Source of the DNA: Thermodesulfobacteriota bacterium
GTDB lineage: Bacteria > Desulfobacterota > Desulfobacteria > Desulfobacterales > SURF-7
Direction: 5' to 3'
DNA: 64,000 bases
Assembly: GCA_049320885.1 (NCBI GenBank)
Contig: JBMORA010000044.1
Span: 21,977 to 85,976 of the forward strand
Made by a program: the position numbers and the translations under genes. Under the pieces are notes generated by a model. The model did no database searches and was not told the origin of the DNA. It worked only from the letters and a program-made list of their open reading frames with translations. Below, piece after piece: positions 38,184 to 47,475 of the stretch (positions are counted from its first letter, which is position 1; each line of letters starts with the position of its first letter).

Positions 38184-39371
38184 ATGGAGGATTTGGTGAA
38201 ACGGAATCAGGGAATCATCCATCGAAAGCAGCGGTCAGAAGTATCTTCAAAAACAAAAACCTACGGCCGGGATTTTCATATGAAGCCCGGAGAGGCGTTT
38301 TTGTTCTACCAGGTCTTCAATTGTGGCTATCTTCCGGAACCGTTACTGGAAACCGATCTTCTCACCAACACGGAAAAGGTTTGCATGACCAAGCTCAATC
38401 AATTCAGCGGCCAAAACGGCCATTGCTATCCCTCCCTCCGCACCCTGGCCAAATCCATCAATATTTCCATGCGCCAGGTGAACCGGGTGATCAATGCGCT
38501 CGTGGAAAAAGGGTTTCTCATCAAAAGGGCGCCCACGAACCGCCAAAAAGGCCGGCATCAATCCACCCGGTATTATCCTGCATGGCATCCCATCTACGAC
38601 AATGCAGTGGTCAATCATCCGCCCCAACGGCTGACCTTGCCCCCGGAAAACATGGCTGAAACAATGGCAGTAGAAATGAGGGATGACAGCTACGGTCATT
38701 TTCGCGATGTCATCCATACCGGCAGCCCTTGCCGCACCGGTGACGAATCGGCATTAGACACCGGTGACAGGGAAGCATTCGTCACCGATGGCATCCGAAA
38801 TAGATCATATAAAATAGAAAATATTAAAATAGATCATAAGAAACAGAAGCCTCATCCTCATGACACCCAGAGAGGGATGGGGAATTCTCCTGGATTCCCC
38901 ATCCCTCCCCCAGAGACCGGACCATCCCGGCCGGAAACGGCTTTTGAAAAAGAAAAAGCCGCTTTGCTGGCGCGCTATACTCCCACCCAGCAGCATACAA
39001 TTGAACAATGGATCGATTGTATGAAAAGAGCCCCCGGCAGCGGTCAAATAACGGAGGATTTCATTCTCACGGAGCTGAAAAGATGGAGCGCGGTGGCTCC
39101 CGAACCTGTGATCAAGGCGATCAGAATTTATACCTTCAAGCGCTATTACCTGAAAAAAAGCGAAAAATTTCTCTGGAGCATGATCCGGTGTTTCTCTCTG
39201 GCGGCAGCGAAAGAACAAATCCGAGATACAGAACAACCAGCAGGGGCCTTCGGTGCCACAGCAACGGACCCAGGTGCAACCAATTTGCCAGAACAGTCTC
39301 AGTACAGTTCCGAAAAGAATCCCGAAACGGTTTCATGTGACGATTCATGTGAAAGGGGGACCCAGCAATGA
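38184..39371 (+). CDS. Winged-HTH (HTH_36-like) replication-initiator-like protein
   Basis: L...EK....L......G.CYPS..TLA......RQV.R.I..L..KG.L; located upstream of xis-int. Confidence 0.7.
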   Translation: MEDLVKRNQGIIHRKQRSEVSSKTKTYGRDFHMKPGEAFLFYQVFNCGYLPEPLLETDLLTNTEKVCMTKLNQFSGQNGHCYPSLRTLAKSINISMRQVNRVINALVEKGFLIKRAPTNRQKGRHQSTRYYPAWHPIYDNAVVNHPPQRLTLPPENMAETMAVEMRDDSYGHFRDVIHTGSPCRTGDESALDTGDREAFVTDGIRNRSYKIENIKIDHKKQKPHPHDTQRGMGNSPGFPIPPPETGPSRPETAFEKEKAALLARYTPTQQHTIEQWIDCMKRAPGSGQITEDFILTELKRWSAVAPEPVIKAIRIYTFKRYYLKKSEKFLWSMIRCFSLAAAKEQIRDTEQPAGAFGATATDPGATNLPEQSQYSSEKNPETVSCDDSCERGTQQ

Positions 39372-39592
39372 AAATGAGAAACAGCGCTCCGCCTGTGCCC
39401 ACAAAGCGTCTGTATTCCATCAAGGAGTTGGTCGCCGAAATCGGGGCGACCAAATGGTTTTGGCGAAGCCAGATTTGGGCCGGGCATTTGCCCGTCATTC
39501 AGGTCGGAAGAAAAATGTTCATCGACCGCCAGGATATCGATGCATTTATTCAGAAACACAAGCTGCGAAATGAAGATTCGAAGGATCGCTGA
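39368..39592 (+). CDS. Excisionase-like HTH protein
   Basis: LYSIKEL...IG......G.LP.IQVGRKMFIDRQDIDAFI; directly upstream of the integrase. Confidence 0.8.
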   Translation: MKMRNSAPPVPTKRLYSIKELVAEIGATKWFWRSQIWAGHLPVIQVGRKMFIDRQDIDAFIQKHKLRNEDSKDR

Positions 39593-39706
39593 CGCATGGA
39601 TTTCGCCTTGAACCATCGGGCCACCTTGGGGTATACCCGCATTGGAAAGGCTTGCGGGCTTTTCCCGCGCCATCTTGTGCCCGTCAAGGCGAGATGGAGG
39701 TGAGAC

Positions 39707-40777
39707 ATGGGCAGTTTGTATCAAAGAGGAGAGGTCTGGTGGATCAAGTATTACCGCAATGGGAGATCCTATCGGGAAAGTTCCAACAGCACCAAGAAGA
39801 TGGTGGCCAAAAAGCTGCTGGAGCGCCGGGAGGGGGAGATCGCCCAAGGCAAGTTGCCGGGGATTCATTTTGAAAAGGTCACCTTCGACCAATTGGCGTT
39901 GGATTTCCTGCGAGATTATCGCATCAACCAGAAAAAATCGCTCAGAAGAGCAGAAAGGAGTGTGAACCATTTGAAGGCGTGTTTCGAGGGAGACCGGATT
40001 TCGGACATCAATACCCCTCGCGTACATGCGTACATTGAGATACGGATGGAAGAGGGTGCTGCCAATGCCACCATCAATCGTGAGTTGTCGGCATTGAAGC
40101 GGATGCTGACTCTTGGTGCCAGACAGACCCCCCCTCTCGTTGACAGGGTTCCCCACATCCCGATGCTGAAAGAGAACAATACGCGAAAGGGCTTTTTCGA
40201 ACACGATGAATTTTTGGCGTTGCGGGAGGCTTTGCCGGATTATTTGAAAGGGTTTGTGACGTTTGGTTACAAGACCGGCTGGCGAATTTCGGAGATCGCC
40301 AATCTCACTTGGACCCAAGTGGATAGAAAACTTGGCATTGTAAGGCTTGAGGTCGGTGAAACGAAGAATGGCAGCGGGCGCACCATTTATCTCGATGAGG
40401 AGCTCAGGAGTATCATTCATCAACAGTGGGCTCTGCGCAAGGAAATGGGCGTTCTTTGTCCCTATGTCTTTCCGAATCAGTTTGGCAGGGGACCTGTAAA
40501 GGACTTGAGAGGTTCATGGTTCAAGGCCTGCAAAAAAGCAGGTATTGGGCGCAGACTGTTTCACGATTTCAGGCGGACGGCTATCCGGAATATGGTGAGA
40601 TCAGGTGTTCCGGAAAGAGTTGCCATGATGATATCCGGGCATAGAACGCGATCTGTTTTTGATCGGTACAATATCGTCAATGACGCGGATTTAAAAGCGG
40701 CGGCAGACCGACATTCAGACTACCTGGAAAAAAATGCGGGCACAATTTTGGGCACAACGATGAAATTGAATCCGTAA
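39707..40777 (+). CDS. Tyrosine recombinase/integrase
   Basis: TGWRISEI (R), ETKNG (K), FHDFRRT (HxxR), SGH...FDRY (H, Y); GGAGG RBS. Confidence 0.96.
   Translation: MGSLYQRGEVWWIKYYRNGRSYRESSNSTKKMVAKKLLERREGEIAQGKLPGIHFEKVTFDQLALDFLRDYRINQKKSLRRAERSVNHLKACFEGDRISDINTPRVHAYIEIRMEEGAANATINRELSALKRMLTLGARQTPPLVDRVPHIPMLKENNTRKGFFEHDEFLALREALPDYLKGFVTFGYKTGWRISEIANLTWTQVDRKLGIVRLEVGETKNGSGRTIYLDEELRSIIHQQWALRKEMGVLCPYVFPNQFGRGPVKDLRGSWFKACKKAGIGRRLFHDFRRTAIRNMVRSGVPERVAMMISGHRTRSVFDRYNIVNDADLKAAADRHSDYLEKNAGTILGTTMKLNP
40737..40756. repeat. Putative integrase arm-type site pair (right)
   Basis: cgggcacaattttgggcaca, matching 2190-2208. Confidence 0.6.
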
Positions 40778-40862
40778 AAATGGGAGCGTCTTGTTAAGCA
40801 AAGTCATTGGTTTTGTAATGATTATGTTTGCAGTTGAGCTGGTGGGGTTGCAGAAAAAGGAG

Positions 40863-40904
40863 GGATTTTGAGTCCTCTGCGTCTACCAGTTTCACCACTC
40901 CGGC
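40863..40904. repeat. Right att core: displaced 5' half of tRNA-Leu
   Basis: Identical to 1986-2027; no variable arm, T arm or 3' acceptor strand follows. Confidence 0.95.
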
Positions 40905-40917
40905 ATAAAACGGGAAC

Positions 40918-40946
40918 TTTATATAAAAAATGGACTGGAAAGTCAA
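40918..40946 (-). promoter_or_regulatory. Sigma-70 promoter upstream of the tRNA 5' fragment (probably the native tRNA promoter)
   Basis: Minus strand TTGACT (40941-40946), 17-bp spacer, TATAAA (40918-40923). Confidence 0.75.
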
Positions 40947-41217
40947 CAGCATGTTTTTAAAATACGTCCCCATATCTCCGGTTTTGCCGGGAATATGGGG
41001 ATCGATAGGATATTGGCAATGCCATATTGAATGTGATAGCTTGCGAAAACTGTTTACCGCTCCTGCCTTACTGTTGCGGCAACAACGCAATGTAAAGTAT
41101 TCGGCCTGGAGATCTTGATGGGCCGTTTCCTAAAAAGATGCTCTCAAACGGCCGGGGAAGGTTCTTGGAATACCCGGCAACGCGATTATGCAGCGCGCAC
41201 CAAGAGGAGGAGAAATT

Positions 41218-42015
41218 ATGCCGAAAAAAGCGGTTCTGGAAACCGTATCAGATTACGTTGGAACCATCACCTTCAACCGGCCCGAGCGCGGCAACGCCCT
41301 TTCGCCGGAAATACTTTTTACCTTGCACCGTCTGCTAGAAAAATGGGCCGGGGAGGAGGCTGTGCGGTGTGTGGTCATTACCGGCGGTGAGGGCAAGGCC
41401 TTTTCCTCAGGCTACGATATAGCCGCCATCCCCACCCGGGCGGCTCCCGAGATGGCGGAGTTAATCAAAAAACATAACCCTTTGGAACTGGCTTTTTCTT
41501 CGGTGAAGCATTTTCCCTATCCCACCGTGGCGCTCCTGAACGGCCACTGCTTCGGCGCTGGGCTCAACCTTGCCATGTGTTGCGACCTCCGGATCGCCGC
41601 CGCCGATGTGAAAATCGGCATGCCCCCGGCAAAACTGGGGCTGGTGTATCATCCGGCGGGACTGGTGGACTTCATCCTGGCCGCCGGCATGAGCGCCACC
41701 CGGGAGCTTTTTTTTACAGGCCGGACATATACGGCGGAAGCGGCCCTTGACATGGGCCTTTTGAACCATGTGGTGGCGAAGGACGAAGTCTTTGCCTTTA
41801 CCCGGAAAATGGCGGCAGACATCGCCGACAATGCACCAATATCTTTGAAAAACAATAAAAAAATTTTAAACATGCTGGAAAAAGCCATATCCTTGACCGC
41901 GGAAGACCAAGCCGAGGCTGAGCGTCTCCAGGCTGAGGGGTTTGCCAGCGAGGATTTACAGGAGGGGCAACGGGCCTTTCTCGAAAAGCGGAAACCACAT
42001 TTCAAGGGCAAATGA
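41218..42015 (+). CDS. Enoyl-CoA hydratase/isomerase (crotonase) family protein
   Basis: ITFNRPERGNAL, AFSSGYDI, P.VA.LNG.CFGAG..LA..CDLR, AFLEKRKP.F.G. Confidence 0.93.
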   Translation: MPKKAVLETVSDYVGTITFNRPERGNALSPEILFTLHRLLEKWAGEEAVRCVVITGGEGKAFSSGYDIAAIPTRAAPEMAELIKKHNPLELAFSSVKHFPYPTVALLNGHCFGAGLNLAMCCDLRIAAADVKIGMPPAKLGLVYHPAGLVDFILAAGMSATRELFFTGRTYTAEAALDMGLLNHVVAKDEVFAFTRKMAADIADNAPISLKNNKKILNMLEKAISLTAEDQAEAERLQAEGFASEDLQEGQRAFLEKRKPHFKGK

Positions 42016-42034
42016 GTCATTGGTAGTATTGAAT

Positions 42035-43024
42035 TTAAGAAGGGGTAACTGTCTGATGAAAGAGACGCTGGTATTCCTTCGGGCGCAAGCCGGTATACCG
42101 CTGGAAGATCTTGCGGAAGGAGCTGATGTCTTCATATCCCACGTGATGGGTGACTTCTTCGAATGTTGAATGTGGTTTTTCCAACCAGGCTTTTGCCGCG
42201 TTGATCCTCACCTTCTGCAGATAGGTGAGAGGAGAATCACCCGTTGTCTGCTTGAAGCGCCGTTCAAATGTCCGCTGACCCATGCCGAATCGTTCGGCCA
42301 GCATGGATATGGTGATTGCTTCCATGTAATTCTCCTCGATCCATCGTTGAACGGCCAATATATCCTGCTCGCCATGGTTTTTCCGCAAATGTAATGACGC
42401 ATAGGGGGCCTGGGTGACGCGACCGAGGTCCTGAACCATGGTCTTTGCACATTGAACCGCGATCTCCCGGCTGCTCAATTTTTCCACGAGGTAAAAGGAC
42501 AAATCATTGAAGGCGTTTGAGCCGCCGGAACAGTAGAGATCGCCCTCATCGGTTATCAGGGTATCCGGGAGCAACCGGACAAGAGGATATCTCTGCCTGA
42601 ATTGATCGACACAACCCCAGTGGGTTGTTGCGGTCTTTCCGTTCAGGAGACCAGTTTCTGCGAGGATAAAGGCGCCCGTACAGACTGCGGCGATCTGCGT
42701 CCCGGACTGATACTGCTGTTTCAGCCAGTCAATGACATTTCTGTTCCTCTCAATCTGCCTTAACACGTCGCCGGTAATGGCGCTGATCATGATCAAATCC
42801 GCATTCCGGACATCATTTATGCTGCAATGGGGCGTGACAAGAAGCCGATTGAAACATTTGACCGTCTTGCCGTCCGATGAGGCGACCGTGACCTCAAAAC
42901 AGGGCGAAGGCGGCTTGCCGCAGATTGCTTCCCAAAGCACCCCTGCAGAAATAAACACATCCATGGGACCGGTTATGCTGGAGGCCTGAGCGCCGCTCAA
43001 GGCGAGAATGGTAATTTTTTTCAT
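42035..43024 (-). CDS. GlxA-family transcriptional regulator (DJ-1/PfpI + AraC)
   Basis: AVCTGAFILAETGLLNGKTATTHW; C-terminal AraC HTH. Confidence 0.92.
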   Translation of the reverse strand: MKKITILALSGAQASSITGPMDVFISAGVLWEAICGKPPSPCFEVTVASSDGKTVKCFNRLLVTPHCSINDVRNADLIMISAITGDVLRQIERNRNVIDWLKQQYQSGTQIAAVCTGAFILAETGLLNGKTATTHWGCVDQFRQRYPLVRLLPDTLITDEGDLYCSGGSNAFNDLSFYLVEKLSSREIAVQCAKTMVQDLGRVTQAPYASLHLRKNHGEQDILAVQRWIEENYMEAITISMLAERFGMGQRTFERRFKQTTGDSPLTYLQKVRINAAKAWLEKPHSTFEEVTHHVGYEDISSFRKIFQRYTGLRPKEYQRLFHQTVTPS

Positions 43025-43159
43025 GCCAGCCTCGGAAAATTGTCGTTTGTCACCTCTTTTTTGTCGATTATGCCGCTTACCTTTTCCCAAGGCAAGGGAT
43101 ATGGTGGTAACCATGCGACAACATCAGGAGGAAGAAACCATAGCGAAGGAGAATCCAAG

Positions 43160-43579
43160 ATGAACGAACAACTTTGGGAAATCGTACAAGCGCAGTTGGG
43201 ATACAATGCCGAGGAAATGACATTGTTTCGTAACAATCCGAAAATGGAAGGGATCGTTTCTAAGATACCAAGACTGATGAATATGAACTTTGTTTTCGAG
43301 GTCGCGCAGTCCCATGGATGCGGCGCCCAACATAAGGTTGGCGACAAATTGATTTTCGATGGATTCGGCTGTCTGCTCCCCGAAAAAGGTCCGAAAAGAA
43401 TATGCGCTTTTGCGGTAAGCAGTATATCTCTATTAATTTGGACCGCCCAGGAACTTGTTTATGCAGATGTGAATCCGAATGCAATGCGGTTAAATAAGGT
43501 TTGCTGTATCGATGTTGGTGTTAAGTGCGGCGGTTTGGGTAACGTCGTGTTTGAATTCAGCGCCGAGCAGAACATTTAA
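43160..43579 (+). CDS. Hypothetical Cys-containing protein
   Basis: AAGGAG RBS; HGC...HKVGD, IC, CCIDVG..CGG.G pattern; divergent from the GlxA-type regulator. Confidence 0.7.
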   Translation: MNEQLWEIVQAQLGYNAEEMTLFRNNPKMEGIVSKIPRLMNMNFVFEVAQSHGCGAQHKVGDKLIFDGFGCLLPEKGPKRICAFAVSSISLLIWTAQELVYADVNPNAMRLNKVCCIDVGVKCGGLGNVVFEFSAEQNI

Positions 43580-43601
43580 TAATTTTATTAAATCGCACTT
43601 T

Positions 43602-44237
43602 TTATAAAACGAAGGACTGGTTTGTAAGCATTCCTTGCCGAAGTATCACGGGAGGGTTCACGGTTACATCCACCACAGTGGAACCGGCTCCTCCCATAAG
43701 TTGTCCGGCATCCAATATCAAATCCACTTCGGCTGCAAGGGAAGGGTCCAGTTCTTTCACAGCGGCGCAGCTTTCTCTGGATGAAAGATTGGCGCTGGTG
43801 CCGGTGATGGGGCTGTTCATGGTTTTCACGAGGGCGGCGGCGACGGGATGGTCCGGCATCCGGATACCGATTTTACCGGTACCTGCCGTCAGAAGAGGGG
43901 AGACGGCTTTCGTTGCTTGGAATACGATGGTAACTTGTCCGGGCCAGAATCGTTCCATGATGCGGCTTGCCGTTTCCGGTATATCCAGAACCAGATCTTT
44001 CAAAAAATCGGAATGGGGTATCAGGATCAAAACCGGATTGCTGGCCGGTCTTTTTTTAATGCGAAAAATCGTATCGACCGCGGCAGGCAACAGGGCATCC
44101 ACCGCCAGACCGTATAGACAACGGGTGGGAAAGACAACAACACCGCCGGATCGAAGAAGGTCTGCTGCGTCTTTGATGAGAATCGGATCGGGGTTTTGCG
44201 GGTCCACGGGGACGATTTTGTTGCGGACCAATGTCAA
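43602..44237 (-). CDS. tsaC: L-threonylcarbamoyladenylate synthase (Sua5/YrdC)
   Basis: FPT...YGL, IK.RP, FWPG, IGIRMPDHP, TSANLS, STVVD. Confidence 0.92.
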   Translation of the reverse strand: MTLVRNKIVPVDPQNPDPILIKDAADLLRSGGVVVFPTRCLYGLAVDALLPAAVDTIFRIKKRPASNPVLILIPHSDFLKDLVLDIPETASRIMERFWPGQVTIVFQATKAVSPLLTAGTGKIGIRMPDHPVAAALVKTMNSPITGTSANLSSRESCAAVKELDPSLAAEVDLILDAGQLMGGAGSTVVDVTVNPPVILRQGMLTNQSFVL

Positions 44238-46009
44238 TACCCCTGGCGCTCAAACCGGGCGGCCTTTTTTTCCACCTCCACCGCCATCTCCTGTTTAAAG
44301 GTCGTCAGCATATCGCTCAGGTCCGGATCGCAAAGCGCCAACATCTGAACAGCCAGCAATCCGGCATTGCGTGCGCCGACCTTGCCGATGGCCACCGTGG
44401 CCACCGGAATACCGGGAGGCATCTGAACGGTTGACAATAGGGAATCCAGGCCTTGCAGGGGACCGGCATCAATGGGAACGCCGATTACCGGCAGGGTGGT
44501 ATGGGCGGCGAGACTGCCGGCCAAGTGAGCGGCCAGACCGGCTCCGGCTATAATCACCCGGATTCCGCGATCCCTGGCGGTGGATGCGAATTCAGAGGCT
44601 CTCAAGGGACTGCGGTGGGCCGAAGCCACGGTCATTTGATAGGGAATGTCGAATTTTTTCAGAATGGCGGCGGCCTCCTCCATTATGGGCGCATCCGAAT
44701 CACTCCCCATGACAATACCGACCAAGGGCTTCCGGCTCAGCCGCTTCAGCGCCTTCTGACCAATGTCTTTTCGAAAATGAACCGTTTCCCAGGAGATTTT
44801 GGCAACCGCCTGGTAGGCGGTATCGATGGCAGCCGCCACCGTCTCACCCATGGCTGTCACGCCGAGGACCCGTCCCCCGGTTGCCACCACCTGGTTGTTT
44901 TTTTCCGAAGTCCCGGCATGGAATACCATGACATCCCGCATCCGGGCGGCACCGGCCAATCCGTGAATCGGAAGGTTTTTTTGATATTTTTCCGGATAGC
45001 CACCGGAAGCCATCACGACACAAACCGCCGCGCGCGGGTCAACATCTATGGTGTATTCCCCCAAACGCTCCTCGACCACCGCTTCCATCAGGGGCACCAG
45101 ATCGTTTTGAATGCGCATCAGCAAGGGTTGTGCCTCCGGATCGCCGAAGCGGGCGTTGAACTCGAGGACTTTGATGCGATCCTTGGCTATCATGAGGCCG
45201 GCATACAAAACCCCTTTATAAGGGCGCCCTTCGGCAGCCATTCCCTTCACCGCCGGCAGCATGATGTCCCGCATGATTTTTTCGTGCAGGGTTGCGGTTA
45301 CGATGGGCGCCGGTGAATAGGCTCCCATACCGCCCGTATTAGGCCCTTTGTCACCATCATAAATCGCTTTGTGATCCTGGCAGGTGGGCAGGGGCAGAAC
45401 CGTTTTCCCATCCGTCAAGGCCAGAAATGAGGCTTCTTCCCCCTCAATATATTCTTCTATCAGGACTTTGTCTCCCGCTTGGCCGAAAAGACGGTCCTTC
45501 ATGATCCGTTGAAGCGCGGAAAGCGCTTCTTCTTCCGACATGCAGACATACACGCCTTTTCCGGCCGCCAATCCGTCGGCTTTTACTACAAGCGGAGCAC
45601 CGATTTGACGAATATATTTTTGAGCCGGAGCCAGGCTGCCAAAGCTTTTTCCGGTGGCTGTGGGAATGCCATAAGCGGCCATCAATTTTTTGGCAAATGA
45701 CTTGCTGGCTTCTATTTCAGCAGCCTTTCGGGAGGCGCCGAAAATCCGCAAGCCGTTTTTTTCAAACAGATCCACGATGCCCTTTACAAGGGGCGCTTCG
45801 GGCCCTACCACGGTAAGGTCGATTTTTTCGTTTCGGGCGAAGGAGAGCAGCGCTGATATGTCATCCACCGCAACGGGAATACAGGTTGCCAATTGAGCGA
45901 TACCAGGATTCCCAGGAGCGCAGAACAAGGAGGTAACCTTCGGGCTTTGGGCTATTTTCCAGACCAGGGCGTGTTCGCGGCCGCCGGATCCAATAACGAG
46001 AATTTTCAT
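44234..46009 (-). CDS. purD: Phosphoribosylamine-glycine ligase fused to PurE (N5-CAIR mutase)
   Basis: GSGGREHAL, KADGLAAGKGV, GPNTGGMGAYSP, EFNARFGDPE, then VGIVMGSDSD, SAHRSP, QMPPGIPVATV in the same frame. Confidence 0.95.
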   Translation of the reverse strand: MKILVIGSGGREHALVWKIAQSPKVTSLFCAPGNPGIAQLATCIPVAVDDISALLSFARNEKIDLTVVGPEAPLVKGIVDLFEKNGLRIFGASRKAAEIEASKSFAKKLMAAYGIPTATGKSFGSLAPAQKYIRQIGAPLVVKADGLAAGKGVYVCMSEEEALSALQRIMKDRLFGQAGDKVLIEEYIEGEEASFLALTDGKTVLPLPTCQDHKAIYDGDKGPNTGGMGAYSPAPIVTATLHEKIMRDIMLPAVKGMAAEGRPYKGVLYAGLMIAKDRIKVLEFNARFGDPEAQPLLMRIQNDLVPLMEAVVEERLGEYTIDVDPRAAVCVVMASGGYPEKYQKNLPIHGLAGAARMRDVMVFHAGTSEKNNQVVATGGRVLGVTAMGETVAAAIDTAYQAVAKISWETVHFRKDIGQKALKRLSRKPLVGIVMGSDSDAPIMEEAAAILKKFDIPYQMTVASAHRSPLRASEFASTARDRGIRVIIAGAGLAAHLAGSLAAHTTLPVIGVPIDAGPLQGLDSLLSTVQMPPGIPVATVAIGKVGARNAGLLAVQMLALCDPDLSDMLTTFKQEMAVEVEKKAARFERQGY

Positions 46010-46944
46010 GCGAGTCTCCGGTTTAGGCAAAGTTCAATCAGCCTGTCCAACAGTTGACTGAAAGAGATTCCAGCTGTTTGAGCGGCGAGGGGCAATAAAC
46101 TGGTTGGTGTCATGCCGGGTATGGTGTTGGTTTCAAGCACATAAATATCCCTGCCTTTTAAAATCATATCCGTACGGCTGTAATCCCGGCAGAAGAGAGC
46201 GCGATGGGCATTGATGCCGATTTGTCCGGCCTTATCGGCAAGGACCGGATCAATCCTTGCCGGGCATATTTCCTGGGTTGCGCCGGGAGTGTATTTGGCT
46301 TCGTAATTAAAAAAATCATATCCTTTGCCCGGAATGATTTCCACGATCGGCAGGGCGGTAAGGTGTTGCGCTCCGATCACACTGGCGGTCAATTCCAATC
46401 CATCGATAAAGGTCTCGACTATTGCGGCCTGATCCCATTCGAAAGCGTGCTTCAGGGCGTCGGGAAGGAAACGCTCCTCCTGAACAATGGACATACCGAT
46501 ACTGGATCCGCCGGCAACCGGCTTCACTACAAGTGGAAGGCCAAGTTGCGCCGAAATATCGGCTGGAACGACAGCCTCGCTTTTATGAACAACCGTATAC
46601 GGTGGAATGGGAATTCCGGCTTTTTCGAAAAGAAGTTTGGAAGAGAGTTTGTTCATGGCCAGGGCGCTTCCCAGTACCCCTGATCCCTGATAGGGAATAT
46701 TCAGAAGGTCGAGCAGACCCTGGATGGTGCCATCTTCTCCATAGGGTCCGTGCATGATGATCAGGGCGGCATCAATTCGCGGAGCGTCGGCGATCAATCG
46801 GGAAAGATCATCCCGGGGATCGTAACGCAACACCGTGTAGCGTTGTTTGTCCAGAGCTTCAAATACCTGGGTGCCTCCTTTCAAGGAGACGTCCCGTTCC
46901 GAAGATTTTCCACCTGAAAGCACGGCAATCGTAAGCTTTTTCAT
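46006..46944 (-). CDS. ddl: D-alanine--D-alanine ligase
   Basis: GGKSSER.VSL, HGPYGEDG.IQG, GSSIG, EAKY, ETNTIPGMTPTS. Confidence 0.95.
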   Translation of the reverse strand: MKKLTIAVLSGGKSSERDVSLKGGTQVFEALDKQRYTVLRYDPRDDLSRLIADAPRIDAALIIMHGPYGEDGTIQGLLDLLNIPYQGSGVLGSALAMNKLSSKLLFEKAGIPIPPYTVVHKSEAVVPADISAQLGLPLVVKPVAGGSSIGMSIVQEERFLPDALKHAFEWDQAAIVETFIDGLELTASVIGAQHLTALPIVEIIPGKGYDFFNYEAKYTPGATQEICPARIDPVLADKAGQIGINAHRALFCRDYSRTDMILKGRDIYVLETNTIPGMTPTSLLPLAAQTAGISFSQLLDRLIELCLNRRLA

Positions 46945-47426
46945 AATCCCAAGAGTTTTTGTTTGGCCTTGTTGTATTCCTCGATGGTAATCAGCTTCTT
47001 ATCCAGCAGCGTCAGCAGCTCCGTCAGCTCCCGGACGGGTATCGATGTCGGATCCTCCAGCTGGCCTTTTGCATCGATGATGTCCGAATCCAGGATCGGA
47101 AGGTTTTGAGGAGCGCTCACTTTCAGCGATGCAAGACCGCCGAAAAGGCTGACTTCCACACTGCGACCACGGAAAACAGGCAGCGAAATGATTTCTTTTA
47201 CCGTTTTGCCTTCGTTTTTCAACCGGCGATAAATCAGATATCCTGCGCCGCCGAGGATGACGGCGCCGCCGAAGAATATCCATGGCAGATAAAAAACGAT
47301 GCCTCTGAAAAACAATACCAGAAATCCGAGGCCGGCAATGAGGAAAACATGTAAGAACAATATGAAATGGGCCATAAAAATGCTTTTAAAAAGGCCCGGT
47401 AAATCTCTGGTTTTGGTGGTTTTCAT
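46941..47426 (-). CDS. Membrane protein with SHOCT-like C-terminus
   Basis: Two TM segments; C-terminal L..LLDKKLITIEEYNKAKQKLL. Confidence 0.75.
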   Translation of the reverse strand: MKTTKTRDLPGLFKSIFMAHFILFLHVFLIAGLGFLVLFFRGIVFYLPWIFFGGAVILGGAGYLIYRRLKNEGKTVKEIISLPVFRGRSVEVSLFGGLASLKVSAPQNLPILDSDIIDAKGQLEDPTSIPVRELTELLTLLDKKLITIEEYNKAKQKLLGL

Positions 47427-47475
47427 TTTTATCCGTCGCTGCTTATGCTTGCGGGCGATACCCGCTATGGGTTTC

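Larger units (their letters stand above)
1986..40904. mobile_element. Integrative genomic island (~38.9 kb) at tRNA-Leu(CAA)
   Basis: 42-bp terminal direct repeats; tyrosine integrase, excisionase and Rep-like genes next to the right repeat; core cargo visibly more GC-rich than the flanks. Confidence 0.92.

Noticed and set aside
40863..40904. Second tRNA-Leu gene
   Set aside because: Only the 5' 42 nt are present; it cannot form a cloverleaf.
1986..40904. Prophage or complete ICE
   Set aside because: No structural, packaging, lysis, relaxase or T4SS genes recognised.
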